Shown here: positions 1 to 11,400 of the stretch, piece by piece | How positions within the stretch are numbered: the stretch's first letter is position 1 | How the letters are laid out: every line of letters starts with the position of its first letter | DNA from: Microthyrium microscopicum | Lineage: Eukaryota | Reading direction: 5' to 3' | DNA: 64,000 nt | NCBI GenBank assembly: GCA_010405405.1 | Contig: MU004236.1 | Span: 1,370,070-1,434,069, forward strand | The notes under the pieces: model-generated | The model's input: only the letters and a program-made list of their open reading frames with translations | The model's database searches: none | What the model was told of the DNA's origin: nothing | Made by a program: the position numbers and the translations under genes

Positions 1-3000
1 ATTTCCCCATAGGATCTGCCGCAGCCACACCTACTACTGCTGACAAGCGATCTGGGTTTGGCAGCATGAGCCGATTCAAAGGATTGATGAAAGAGTCCAA
101 CGGAGAAGGAAACTCGCCTCTTAGAGAGAAGACGTCGCTCATAGGACTGGGGAGTTACCTCGACAACGCAGAATCCAAGCCACCGCCATCCAAAAGTGAA
201 ACCTCGAACCCGTTCGCCGAGTCTAAATTACCGACTGGAAGCGCTGCTTTACAAGGTGGGGATGACTTGAGCCCGCCTCGAACTCGAGGTACTGCTCAAC
301 GTCTTCCAGGAATAAGCAGTAGACTAAGCCAGGACTTCCAACAAGACGCGAATCAGCACCCGTCGCGTGGTGGTCCTGGCGAACCGATGAGCCCCACTGG
401 CACCAATACATATCAAAGCCCAGAGAATAACAAGCACCAGTCGAGCGAATTAACCAATGATGCGTTTCAACAGACTTTACCAGGACTTGGTGGTTACATG
501 CCGGGCGAGACCTTCCCTGGCCTAGCTGGATTCAATAGCATGAAGCCCGGCCCTGGCCTTGATACAGTGGATCGAAGCGGAAGTCGAGGACCTTCACTTG
601 GCCAGATGGGTTCTCTTCCAGGGCTAGGCTCAAGTTCAACCTGGAACACTATGCAAGCGACGGCTGGTACACCTACGCGTGAGCGTCCGGCTCCTTTTGG
701 AACTGCGTTTGGAGATGGAATCTTTTCTCCAGTCGATCAACCAGCAGGGCTAGGATTCTCACCTAGTACTTTTGGAAATGCGTCTGGCTTTGGTAGTATC
801 GGCCGAGGAAGCCGGATACAATCTTTTCTACCGCAGGCAATGCACGATCAAACAAGACAACAAGACCCTGCTGGATTATCTAATGATAGACCATTTGATC
901 CATTCAGTATGCCATCACAATCTGGATATCAAGGCTTGGATCGAAACATGTTTGGCGCAGGCCCATTAGGAGGTCCTCCGACTCGGGAGGGCGATAGCCC
1001 TTTTCGAACAGGTCGAGCCTTCCCACTAGATGATATGATTTCAAGTCAGAATCCTGGCAGCGTTCCTGGCGACAACAATGCATCTCCTATCATTGCCTCA
1101 GGGACCACACCTCAGCAGGGAGCTCAAGGGATTTCCCGGGGTCCACAACGTCAAGGCTCTGTCAACAGTAACACTTCCAGTCAACCAGGGCCTCCACAAG
1201 TCAGAACCATGGTTATGCCCGATAGAATGAAGTGGGTGTACAAAGACCCGGATGGAGTAACTCGAGGTCACTATTCAGGTCTGGAAATGCATGACTGGTA
1301 CAAGGCGGGCTACTTCACACCAGAGTTGCTCATTCGAAAGCTTGAAGATAGGGAATTTGAACCACTTGCTCAGTTGATTCGGAGAATTGGCAACTCTCGG
1401 GAGCCATTTCTGGTTCCTCAAATCGGTGTGCCTCATGAGCCTGTCAATGCTCGCGGCATGCCTTTGGGCGGCGCCGGCGGCGGTCAGCCTCCTTTCCCCA
1501 ATAGCTTTCCAAGCTTCGGGACTACATTGACCGCTGAACAACAAAATGCCTTGGAGCGACGCAAGCAGGAGGAGCAGTTTTTGATGGCTCGCCAGAAGGA
1601 ATCTCTCGCTCAACGACAGTATATGATGAATATTGGGATGCATGGTAATAGCGGTAGCAGCTTCCCCACGCCCACTCTCAACCACCAGGCGAGCCAGCAA
1701 AGCTTGCATAGCCAGCCTAGTTTTGGGAATCTCGCCTCTATTGGAAATTTTGGAGCTCCAGGCATGCCAGGGCCTATAGGGGCTAGTCCTGCTATGCCGG
1801 GTATGGTCGATACTGGCTATCGTGGAGCGCCTGGTATGCCATCCGCTGGTGGATTAGGCATGGATGTGCTTAGCAATGTGCCTGAAGAAGGCCTCAATGA
1901 CATTATGAGCCGCCTCGATATGAACCTAGGCTCTGGGCATGATGGACTTGGCTCACTTGGCCCTTTAGGCCAGCACGGGAACGGAGCTAATCAAGCTCAT
2001 CAGGTCGCCGCCATGCTTAATGATCGTGCAAGACTGCAACGCGAACAATCAGAGGCTCACAAGTTTCAGCTTTCACAAGATGAATATGAAGCTAAATACG
2101 CGTCTGAGCGCTTTCAACAGTTCCAAGACTTGCGCTCCGATGCGCAGACTGAACCCTCAGAATATGAGGATCACGAAGACAGTTCATTTCCACCAACAAA
2201 AGAAGGGGCCGATGCCATGATGAGCTCAAAGGATCTTCTGTCTGAAATGGAGCGTCTACGAGAACGGGAGCAATCCATTACACAGCAAGTCCAGGAAGCC
2301 GTTGCCAATAAGGGGGCTCAACCTATGGCATGGAATCGTGTGGATCCCGTCACTATGCAACCTATCGTGCCACCACCACAGTCAAGCTCGCCCATGCCAG
2401 CACCAGTTGCACAACGCAAACAAAATGTCGCCGATACACTAGCAGCGGGGTCTCGATCTCGTTCACAAACGCCATCGCTCGACACACCATCTGCATCCAT
2501 AGCACCATGGGCAAAGGATTCTAATGAGGCGTCCAAAGGACCATCCTTGAAAGAAATTCAAGAAGCTGAGGCTAAAAAGGCAGCGCAGCAGGAAGAAATT
2601 GCTGCTGCTGCTCGCCGAGCCGCTCTTGAAAGAGAGGTACTGGCTCAGCAGTCAACTATAGCACCAGCTCCTGGCTTACCGTCTACCTCGACCTGGGCAA
2701 GTGGTGCACCCGTGCCAAACGGCGCTCCCGTGTGGGGAGCGAAGACCACCGTCAAAGTTGGTCCCCCAGCAACTGGCAAGAAGACACTACAACAGATACA
2801 AAAGGAAGAGGAAGCGCGCAAACAACGCGCTGCTGTCTCCTCTACCGTGACTGCTACTGCTGGTGCAACACAGATCCTGTCCTCGGGCAAACGGTATGCA
2901 GATCTCGCGAGTAGAGTTACTCCTGCGCAACCAGCTGCTCCTGGGCCTGGAGGTGCGTGGACTACGGTGGGAGCAGGTGGCAAGACCAAAGCACCTGGAC

Positions 3001-3547
3001 CGGCTCTTCCTGCTCTCCCTGGTCGCTCTGTTAGTGGCAGTATTGCGACCATCGCTCAGCAAGCAACTCCGAAGCCTAAGCAGCCCATCCGTAGCACGAC
3101 TATGGGCAATGCCCGTCCGGGACAAGTTGATGCGGTAGAGGAGTTTAGAAAATGGGCCGTCAAGGAACTTGGTAATCATCTCAACAAGGGTATCACTGGT
3201 AAGTCACTACCCCTTTTATTCATCCTCCAGTAAATACTAACTTCAACACAGCCGATGACTTTGTGCAGACTCTGTTCGCTATTGGCCTTGAGCCCGAGGT
3301 TCTGACTGAAGCTGTGCATTATAACTCGCAGACCATTGACAGCCGTCACTTTGCCGAGGAGTTTATCCGTCGACGCAAGTTGGCCGACAAGGGCGTGGTA
3401 GCGCCCGACTCGACGCCAGCCCTGCCGACGGCAAACGCTAGCAATGCAGCAGGAGGCTGGAACGAGGTGGCCAAGAAGGTTCAGCCCCAGGAGAGCCCGA
3501 GCAATTTCAAGGTCGTCGCAGCAAAGAAGAAGGGCGGTCGTAGATAG
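1..3547 (+). CDS. GYF-domain protein (Smy2/Syh1/GIGYF-like translational repressor or P-body adaptor), 5'-truncated by the window edge
   Basis: GYF motif WVYKDPDG..GHYSGLEMHDWYKAGYF followed by the fungal REPFLVPQIG and FGTTLTAEQQNALERRKQEEQ segments. The frame is open from base 3. Intron 3199-3251 (GTAAGT..ACTAAC..ACAG) joins in frame to the exon ending FAEEFIRRRK...KKKGGRR* at 3547. Confidence 0.9.
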
Positions 3548-3947
3548 TCCCGAGTGGCTATGGAAAGCTAGCTTTCGAGTGGTCGTAAAAGTTGAATGAT
3601 GCAACGAAAGCGGTGGGTAGATTCATTCTTTTGACAGGAGCCGATGACAGAAGCCTGGTCCGAGAAGCACTCTTTCATTCTGCTCCTGGGCGAAGCTTTC
3701 CAAGTTCGAAGGCGACTGTTTTATTGTTAGCGCACGTCCAGAACGGTCCTTATCCTCTGACATGCCTGATATACCCGATTTTTCTTAAGGATATCACAAC
3801 ATCAGCGTTGGGTTCAGCAGTAGTAGTAGTCTTTAGTATCAAAAACATTCATTTCGTGCTTTATATAAAGGGTATTCCAAAAACTCCGCCTCTCATCGCC
3901 AATGCTTCTCCACTCTATGCTCCTCCTCCCATGCCATCAATCCCCAA

Positions 3948-4587
3948 TCATAGCGCATCCCAGAAATAATTTGCATAGAAATACCGCGAAAACCGCGGAT
4001 CAACATTCACAACCTTGACATCCCCCTTCTTCCCACTCCTTACCACCGCCTTGTTGTATAAACCCGTCTCCGCATCAGCTTCGACATCTATGCCCAGCAT
4101 CCGATATACCTTCAACTTCAACAACATCTCATCCGCACCCTCCTCCTCTCTCCCTGCCATACCACCCACACCCTCACCATCTTCGCTCAATGCACGCTTT
4201 GCACCACCGATTTCTTTCGCCAGTCTCTCCGTCGCAATCTCTAGCTCATGCGCTTCCTTGGCTATGCGGAACTTGGCTGTATCCAGACGGGAGATTTCTG
4301 TGCTGTGGGTTATGGGGTTGTGTGATTTTGTGGTGATGGCGTGGTTGTTTTGGAGGTTTGCGAGCGTGCGGTTTTGCGAGGCGAGGGTTGTTCGTTGAGA
4401 GGTGAGGAGGGAGGCGCGTTGGGAGTGCAGGTCTGCGAGGGCGGCGTGGGTGCGTTTTAGACAGTCGCGGTCGGGTTTGGTGCTGAAGTTTGTTATGCAG
4501 TTTGCTATTAGCTGGTGGAGTTGTTAGTTGAGAGGTATGTAAGGGGATGGGAGGGCTTACGGAGGCGGGATCTTCGTCGAGAAGCAT
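3948..4587 (-). CDS. SPC24: Kinetochore Ndc80-complex subunit Spc24
   Basis: Exon 4587-4561 (MLLDEDPAS), intron 4560-4512 (GTAAGC..CTAAC..CAG), exon 4511-3948. This gives 196 aa with a coiled coil and the C-terminal LKLKVYRMLGI...SRYFYANYFW typical of fungal Spc24. Confidence 0.85.
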
Positions 4588-5105
4588 TTTGTGGATGAGT
4601 TGGGGATGCTCTGCAGTCGGAGGTTTGTTGTTATGGTTTTTGGGTTGCGCACGTGTGGTTCGCGGGTGGTTGGAATAGGTTGGTTGCTTGGAGATTTGGG
4701 AGGCGACTGCTTTGATAGTTGTGGATCTAGCGCTGAAGGATTGTTTATCTTTGCGACAATTTGGTGGTTAAGAAGTGGTGAAGGAGATGGTGTTGAGGAT
4801 TGAAAGCGAATGTTTGTTTACACAGGGATTGCTAGGTTGCCAGGGGGCTAGGAGTCCGAAGGAACGACAGGTGGCGCTCTTTCCATTTTTGCCCCTCGAG
4901 CGCCACATGAGCTCAACTTCAATCAGTCGTCACTCGTCTCAGTCCCCTCCAACTTTCCGTCTGATCTTCTATCGCAAGTTATTCTTCTACTCAGTCAACA
5001 ACAAATTTTGTCACCCATATTACAGCCTTGTACTTCAGCCAACAGCGCCAATCCTTCTTTTCCTTATCCCTATCTCATTCCGCCCTCATCTCCACCACTC
5101 TCGAC

Positions 5106-5926
5106 ATGAGCACCGCTCTACCATGTATGTCCAAAAGCTTGCGCAGGCAACCATATAACAAGAACAAGACTAACAACATTTACAGATGCCGCTGATGCGG
5201 AAAGGTATACATCATCACCTTCTATCATCCTCCGCGACACAATCTAACGCCATCAATAGTCCACTAAAACCAGAAGAACTCTCTGTCCTACGAACACAAT
5301 ACGAGAACGAAGGCGAATACGTTGGCATACAAACCAAATTCAACTATGCATGGGTATAATATCTTGACTCCCGATGTTGTTCTATGATTCTAACTCGTCT
5401 TCTCAGGGCCTCATCAAGTCAACCGCACGCACCGATCAACAATACGGAGTCCAGCTACTCAGCGAAATCTTCCGCGCATCGCCTGATCGTCGTCGTGAAT
5501 GTCTCTACTACCTCGCCCTTGGCCACTACAAGCTCGGCAACTATGCTGAGAGCCGCAAATACAACGATTTACTGCTAGATCTGGAGCCTAACAATCTTCA
5601 AGCGGCAAGTCTTAGACAGTTGGTGGACGATAAGGTGCAGAAAGAAGGTAAGAAATCAACCCCCTCGGAAACACCTGAAATCTATCGTCAAGAATATCGT
5701 GGACTGTATATAATGATGTGTTGGGCTTTGTGCTGCTTTTTGAGCAGGTTACGCGGCCTAGTGCCAGCATATCATCCTAGAATTGGCTCGATACCACAGC
5801 TTGCCCAAATGGATCAAACCAGTTTGCTAACACGTCACAGGTCTAGTGGGTGTAGCAATCGTAGGCGGCATCACAGTAGCAGCCGGTGTGGTTGCAGGGC
5901 TATTGATGAGAGGACGACGGAGGTGA
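5106..5926 (+). CDS. FIS1: Mitochondrial fission protein Fis1 (TPR plus C-terminal tail anchor)
   Basis: Five exons (5106-5124, 5186-5204, 5260-5353, 5407-5647, 5841-5926) give 152 aa: LPYAADAESPL...[13 protein letters not shown]...[19 protein letters not shown]...[28 protein letters not shown]. Confidence 0.95.
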
Positions 5927-6119
5927 TAACCTTATGGTACATAATATGTTGCATTGCGTAATGGTACAGGTTATATAACGGTTTCCCGGTTGAAATGTAA
6001 TGCTTCCTCCTCCCCAACTCCAAAACCGATCAAAGCCAAACTGGGAGTGTTTACTGTTATACGTAACGTGTGTATAAGGTGGGTAGGATCTCCCGGATGA
6101 GCCAAGGTAGACTGGTCGT

Positions 6120-7304
6120 TTAGTCCTCTTGTAAGTAAGCAAGAGCATTATCGACAAAATCCGGATCGAGCAAGCTGTCAGCGCTATATGGCGCACTATC
6201 GCCAGAATCAAGCCCAGGGTCCGTTGAACCTGCCATAGACGGCAATGACATGTCCTGAGAAGACGCCTCAAACATCATCGGGTCCATGGCCATGGGGACT
6301 CCCTCATTTGGCCAACTGGGTTGAAACTGTTGTTGAAGCACCCAATCTGCTCCTTCCGTGAATGGGAAGGCAGACATATCCAGCCCTCCAACTTCCATAC
6401 TAGACTGTTCAAGCACCAACCCAGATCCAGCGCCTTCTGTACCCGGAAAGCTGCCCATATTGACAGCTTCCATTTCCACATCTGCAGCCCGTGGAGGCAC
6501 CAACTCCGACCCTTCTATAAACGGACATCTAATCACATCCTTGGCATCGTGGCAAATCCGCCCCATTCTCGCAATGCCGGGCGTGTGGTACACGTCTTCT
6601 GCTTCCGCACACGACATGGTCGTTACCATGGCGTATGCGTTGGCTGGCCAGGGCAGTGCTTGTATACAGCCGCGACCGTTGTGGTTGCTGCGGATGTTGG
6701 ACAGGGCTTGTTGTTTGCCGGGGTGGGCATGGATGCGGTAGTGGACCCCGTGTTTTTGGAAGTGGGCTTTGACCTGTGAGGTGGGTGGTTAGTACTGAGG
6801 CTGTGGGTAATGCTATCCACAAAGGAAAGTGCTAATGAGTGCGATGGAGCCATATAAGGCGATGAGACATTCCAATAAAAGGCTAAAATGCGAGGAAATG
6901 GCAATCTTGGACATTCAGAATGCTGAATTCTGGAGATTTGAAGAGGGTTTCAAAGTTCCTATCGAGTGTCATGGCAGTTATCGACTGCAATGGGAGTCAT
7001 AGATAGCCATTGCAAATCCCAAGTCAAGACTGAAACATGAGAAACTGAGGATTTGGGATACCCAAAATGTTGAAAATGGAAGGTTTTGCAGAACTCTTCG
7101 GATCTCCCATCGAGTTTTATGGTAGCCATCGACTGCGATGGGAATCATAGCATGCGATAGCAAATTACGATTTCAGGATGCACATACCAAACTAGCTGCC
7201 GCCTCAGCAGCTTTTGTGACCTCCTCTTCAAGTGTCCAACCGCTTTGGAATACTTGAGAGGTGTTGCCCATTTGGCATTTGGGAACTTCTGTTCGTTGAG
7301 ACAT
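6120..7304 (-). CDS. Hypothetical protein (~256 aa), two exons, acidic low-complexity C-terminus
   Basis: Exon 7304-7188 (MSQRTEVPK...AAEAAASL), intron 7187-6774 (GTATGT..ACTAAC..CAG), exon 6773-6120 in frame with the 169-aa ORF. No recognised domain. Confidence 0.55.
6956..7150. repeat. Degenerate direct repeat (~45-50 bp core, period 148 bp); each copy is an imperfect inverted repeat
   Basis: ttcctatcgagtgtcatggcagttatcgactgcaatgggagtcatag (6956-7002) versus ctcccatcgagttttatggtagccatcgactgcgatgggaatcatag (7104-7150). Confidence 0.8.
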
Positions 7305-7914
7305 CTTGATAGTCTATGGGTATAAACGTGGAATGTTGAGCTGGGTAGGTTGAACTGGGGATATTGATAGGGGATATTGGGCAAGTATTGAAGATTATGT
7401 TATTCTAGGATTATTGGGAGGACTTGAGTAGTTTAAATACTCATATATTGCTAATGGATGCCTTGAGAGTTGAACAATGGTTGAAGAAACCATAATTGAG
7501 ATGGAAAGACATGCAAGAACGGCAGGTACGCGACGCTTCTGTAGGATTGAAGGGTAGAGTCGACGACTAGCTATGATGTTTTGGTAGTAACTAGAGCTAA
7601 CTTCAGCTTTTTGAGTCCATAACCTTCAGTGATGGGCGTGACATCAGGAAAGCGCAAATGGTGATTATGAATGTTCAACCGTTGAGCATGAGCTTCTTGA
7701 GCCCAAAACTCTGCCTCTTACTAATGGCGAGAAGACGAGAACATGGTATGAAATATGGTAGGCACGATAATACCTTCCGGTGATGTCTACATTGGTAAAA
7801 CATCATATGCGACGCGATCATGTAGATTCTTAGCTGGTACATCTCGCCTCCACAAAACCCAAGTCCCACGTCACAAAGAATGGAAATCTGGATCATTAAT
7901 ACTGAATACGCAAA

Positions 7915-10697
7915 CTAAGTGTAAATACTCTCCGTAATCTCATTAACAGCCAACCCCCGCTCCGCCATCTCCGCATCGCACAAAAAGTCCAACGGCATCC
8001 ACACCAAATGCCCCTTGATCTGATCCAGCTGCTTCTTGATTTCCACAGGACTCATTTCCGTATCCCAAATATGGCCTTGCAAATGCGTCTTATCCTGCTT
8101 TGGATTTGGCGTGAAGTTTTCGTAGTCTTCAAAGGTTTTGACTGCAAAGTATTGGTTAGCGAGTTCCATTTGGTACACTCAACTTTGGTACGCAGAGCAA
8201 GTCTGGTACATATCTACAAGTATGCGCTCATCAAAGGTCACTTACTGCTATTATCTGGATCTGCGTGAAACAGGTCCCGGAAGACTCGCGTGTTCGTATC
8301 TGCCTGTTCCGTCCATATTTTCCAGAGTTTGTCACATAGTGGATCTGCGACGAGTTCGAATTCGCTTCCTTCGTCGTTATTGTTGGGTCCGTCGCCTGGT
8401 GGTTGAGCATTTGGGTCGTTGGAACCGTCTAGATCTTGCGGTTCTAGAAGACCTAGATGTTCGCGCCAAAGACGTCTACGGAGCGTTGCAGCGTGATGAC
8501 CTGCTTGGTATGGTTTGCCATCCATCATTGACTCTAGCTCGTTTGTGTCTTCCATGACTATCGAGAGCTCTGAATCGTGTACACCCAGCTGTGACCGATC
8601 GTTAATGTTCGATGAACCACAGATGACTATTTTGTCGTCTACAATCAGAAGTTTGGCGTGGATGTAGAGTTCTTCTTGGATGAAGTTCTCGCGCTCGAGA
8701 TCATCTGCGCCTTCGTGCCAGTGTTCGTCGCTGACGTTCTTAGTGTTCAGCATAGCGTTTTGGGCCACTGTGCTTGAAGTCATTTTGCCTAATTCAGTAC
8801 CGTCCGCAGTATCTTTAGCCGCGACCTCTTCTTTGTGCGCCTCGAACTTTCTCTTGGTGTCAACGCCATGCTCCTCTGCTAGATGGCCAGAGTCATCCGA
8901 TGTCAACGAGGAGTCGGATGCGTTGCGTTTCGAAGCACCGGCTTTTGCGTCTTTGGATGGCTTGATATTATCACCCATAATCTCATCTGCCTCAGCATTT
9001 TGAACATCTTGATACTTGATGCCTGTCTCCTCTTCCTTCTTCTTGATGTCAGGGGTTGTATTCAGGCGATCATATGAACGCAAGTTGAACGTGAAAATAT
9101 GTTCAGTAGGGTCTACGCCTTCAGCGCGAATTCGCTCGTAGATCGAGTGTTCGCCACGTAATAGTGATTTGTACTGGTAATCCATAATGGCACGGGTTCC
9201 CATTGCTGCGTCCTCACGCAAGTCACCTGCGAAGCCAGGAATCGCGGGAATGACGATAATGACCCGAAACTTTCGCTTTTCCTTGCCCGCGCGCACAACA
9301 GCATCAACGATTGCGCGGCCAATAAGATTTTGGATGGGTGCTTGATGTTCTCCTGTAGCTGTGATAAAGAACTGGTTTTCGATGTAAACGAAGTGCTGTG
9401 CGTTGGCGATGACTTCGCAGTACGCATTTTGAATACTGTGCTCAGGAAGGATTCCACTGCTCCAGTCTGCGCTGCTGCGAACAAGCTGTGCCTTCACTGT
9501 GCCTCGATTATCGAGATTTTTGGTGCTCATGGGACTAAGAGGGTGGTGTGTGTAACCACCTTCGGGGAATTTGGGGCGCTGAACTCCAACGAGATCCTCA
9601 TCTTTGCCCTCGCGGCCTTCCAGAGTCAGCCATGGGTATTTGCCTTTGCGCTTATATTTGTCGCGCTTGCAAAAGTTCCATCGCAGAACAAAGTGCTCAG
9701 CAATGTCAAAGACGCATGGGCCGATCAAGCCCATCGATACATCATGCCATGGCATGCGGCCATATTCTGCCTTTGAAAGCTGATTTTTCTTCCAATCTTG
9801 GACTGACTGAAAATCCATGATACGGTTATTGTTGAAGTCCTGACCTGGAAATACCTCATTTTGAACACCTTGAGGATGGATATCTGCCATGGTGTGCTGG
9901 TGCGCATCCCATCGACCAAAACATAGATCCAAGCCACCAATGAAGGCCATGTTGTAATCAATCACAATGAACTTCTCGTGATGTGCCCAGTAAAAGGTCA
10001 TGTCTCCTGCATTTACCAGAAAATTGTGTTCTGGATGACGCATCACTTTGATATTGCCATATCCGGGTGAGCCTTTTGGGCAAAGTTTTTGAAGGCTTGT
10101 CTTAGTATGCATGCTGTTGCAAGTAATAGCAGCTTCAATCTCCTTGTAAACAATCACAAAGATTTTGACGCCTTGTTCCGCTTTCTTCTTCAAGATTTGA
10201 TCCAGACGCCATTCCTGGTTGTAGTATGGAGGGCGCCTCAAAAACAGTTCTGGAGAGAGCCACCAATCGGCGATGTAGATGGTCTCCTTTGCGCGATCCA
10301 AAGCGACCGAGACAGCCCAAAAGTAGTCTCGTCCGTCAACATACCATTTGACATCATTGCCTGGTCGTGGTGGTGCAAAGCTCTCAAATCGATGACCTTC
10401 TGCAATCTTGGTACGCTTCTCATCAGTCTCTTTTTCATGTTTCTCGTCGTGTCGATGATTTGGGTTGAAGAGGTTGCCATATTTGCCAATGCGATGCTTG
10501 AGGTTGTAGGCTTTGACCTTGAAATCGTACAGGCTGGAATTCTTTATCTTTTCTCTGAGATGTGGAAACGGTTTTGAATGGCCTGAACCGTCATCTTCAG
10601 ATTTGTTCTCATCGGTAGCTCCTCTGTGGGGAAGATTTAGATGGTGATGGTGGTGCCCAGCTGGGGCCTCGCTCTTTGGAGGTACGCCAGTCGCCAT
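7915..10697 (-). CDS. Phospholipase D (two HKD motifs; short fungal type without evident PX/PH region), ~892 aa
   Basis: HHEKFIVID and YIHAKLLIVDD HKD motifs plus YIADWWLSPE, PWHD, YIENQFF and GSSNINDRS. ATG at 10697. Intron 8245-8142 joins to the last exon ending GHLVWMPLDFL...ESIYT*. Confidence 0.95.
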
Positions 10698-11041
10698 TGT
10701 GTTTGTCGCGGTCAGATTAAGACGGCAGTGAAAACGTTCGAATTGGCGAAGCGAACAGAGGGGGTTGATAAAAAGCTTGTCTTCACTTTCTGAGGAAATC
10801 ACGGCATGACTACTGAAGCTTGGCAAGTGCTAATTCTAAGGAAAAACTGGGTTTACTGGGCAGTAGCCAGTAGCCCTCACGACGACCACATGCTCCCGTA
10901 CAGATCCAGTGTGCACTGTGCAGTGCATCCAGTTGAGTGTCCACACATCAGGTTGGCCCCCGTTTGGCAAGCAGTCTACTCCAAATCCGTCCCATCTGAA
11001 CCCGCTTCTTGTACCCTCTCAAGAGAAGGGAATATGTACCC

Positions 11042-11049
11042 TGACGTCA
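11042..11049. promoter_or_regulatory. Palindromic CRE/ATF-type site TGACGTCA in the PLD/PheRS divergent promoter
   Basis: Exact TGACGTCA match. It is a single site, so function is unproven. Confidence 0.3.
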
Positions 11050-11400
11050 CCTCAAAATCAACTCTATGTGGGCCTAAAGATGGCGCTTGCAAACGCAAGA
11101 TCCACCATTTATTTGATCGTGGGCCATAAATTTAACGCTGATAAGGTTCAAGCCCGGATGAAGTACTCGAGACTGCTCTCATGCTGCTGTTTCAAACTTC
11201 ATTCCTGGAACAATTTTAAGGAAGTAACAGATCAAATAAAACATGGACCTGGCCTGGTCAACATTACAGGAAGGTGCACCCGTGTGTAGCCGGGGTTTAC
11301 TCCGTCCTTACTTAGAAGCGCGCGTCTGTCTGTCGCGTGTCATTTTTTTTATCATTCACGCCATTGACTTTGTCATCGCGACACAGGCCAAAATCACGGA

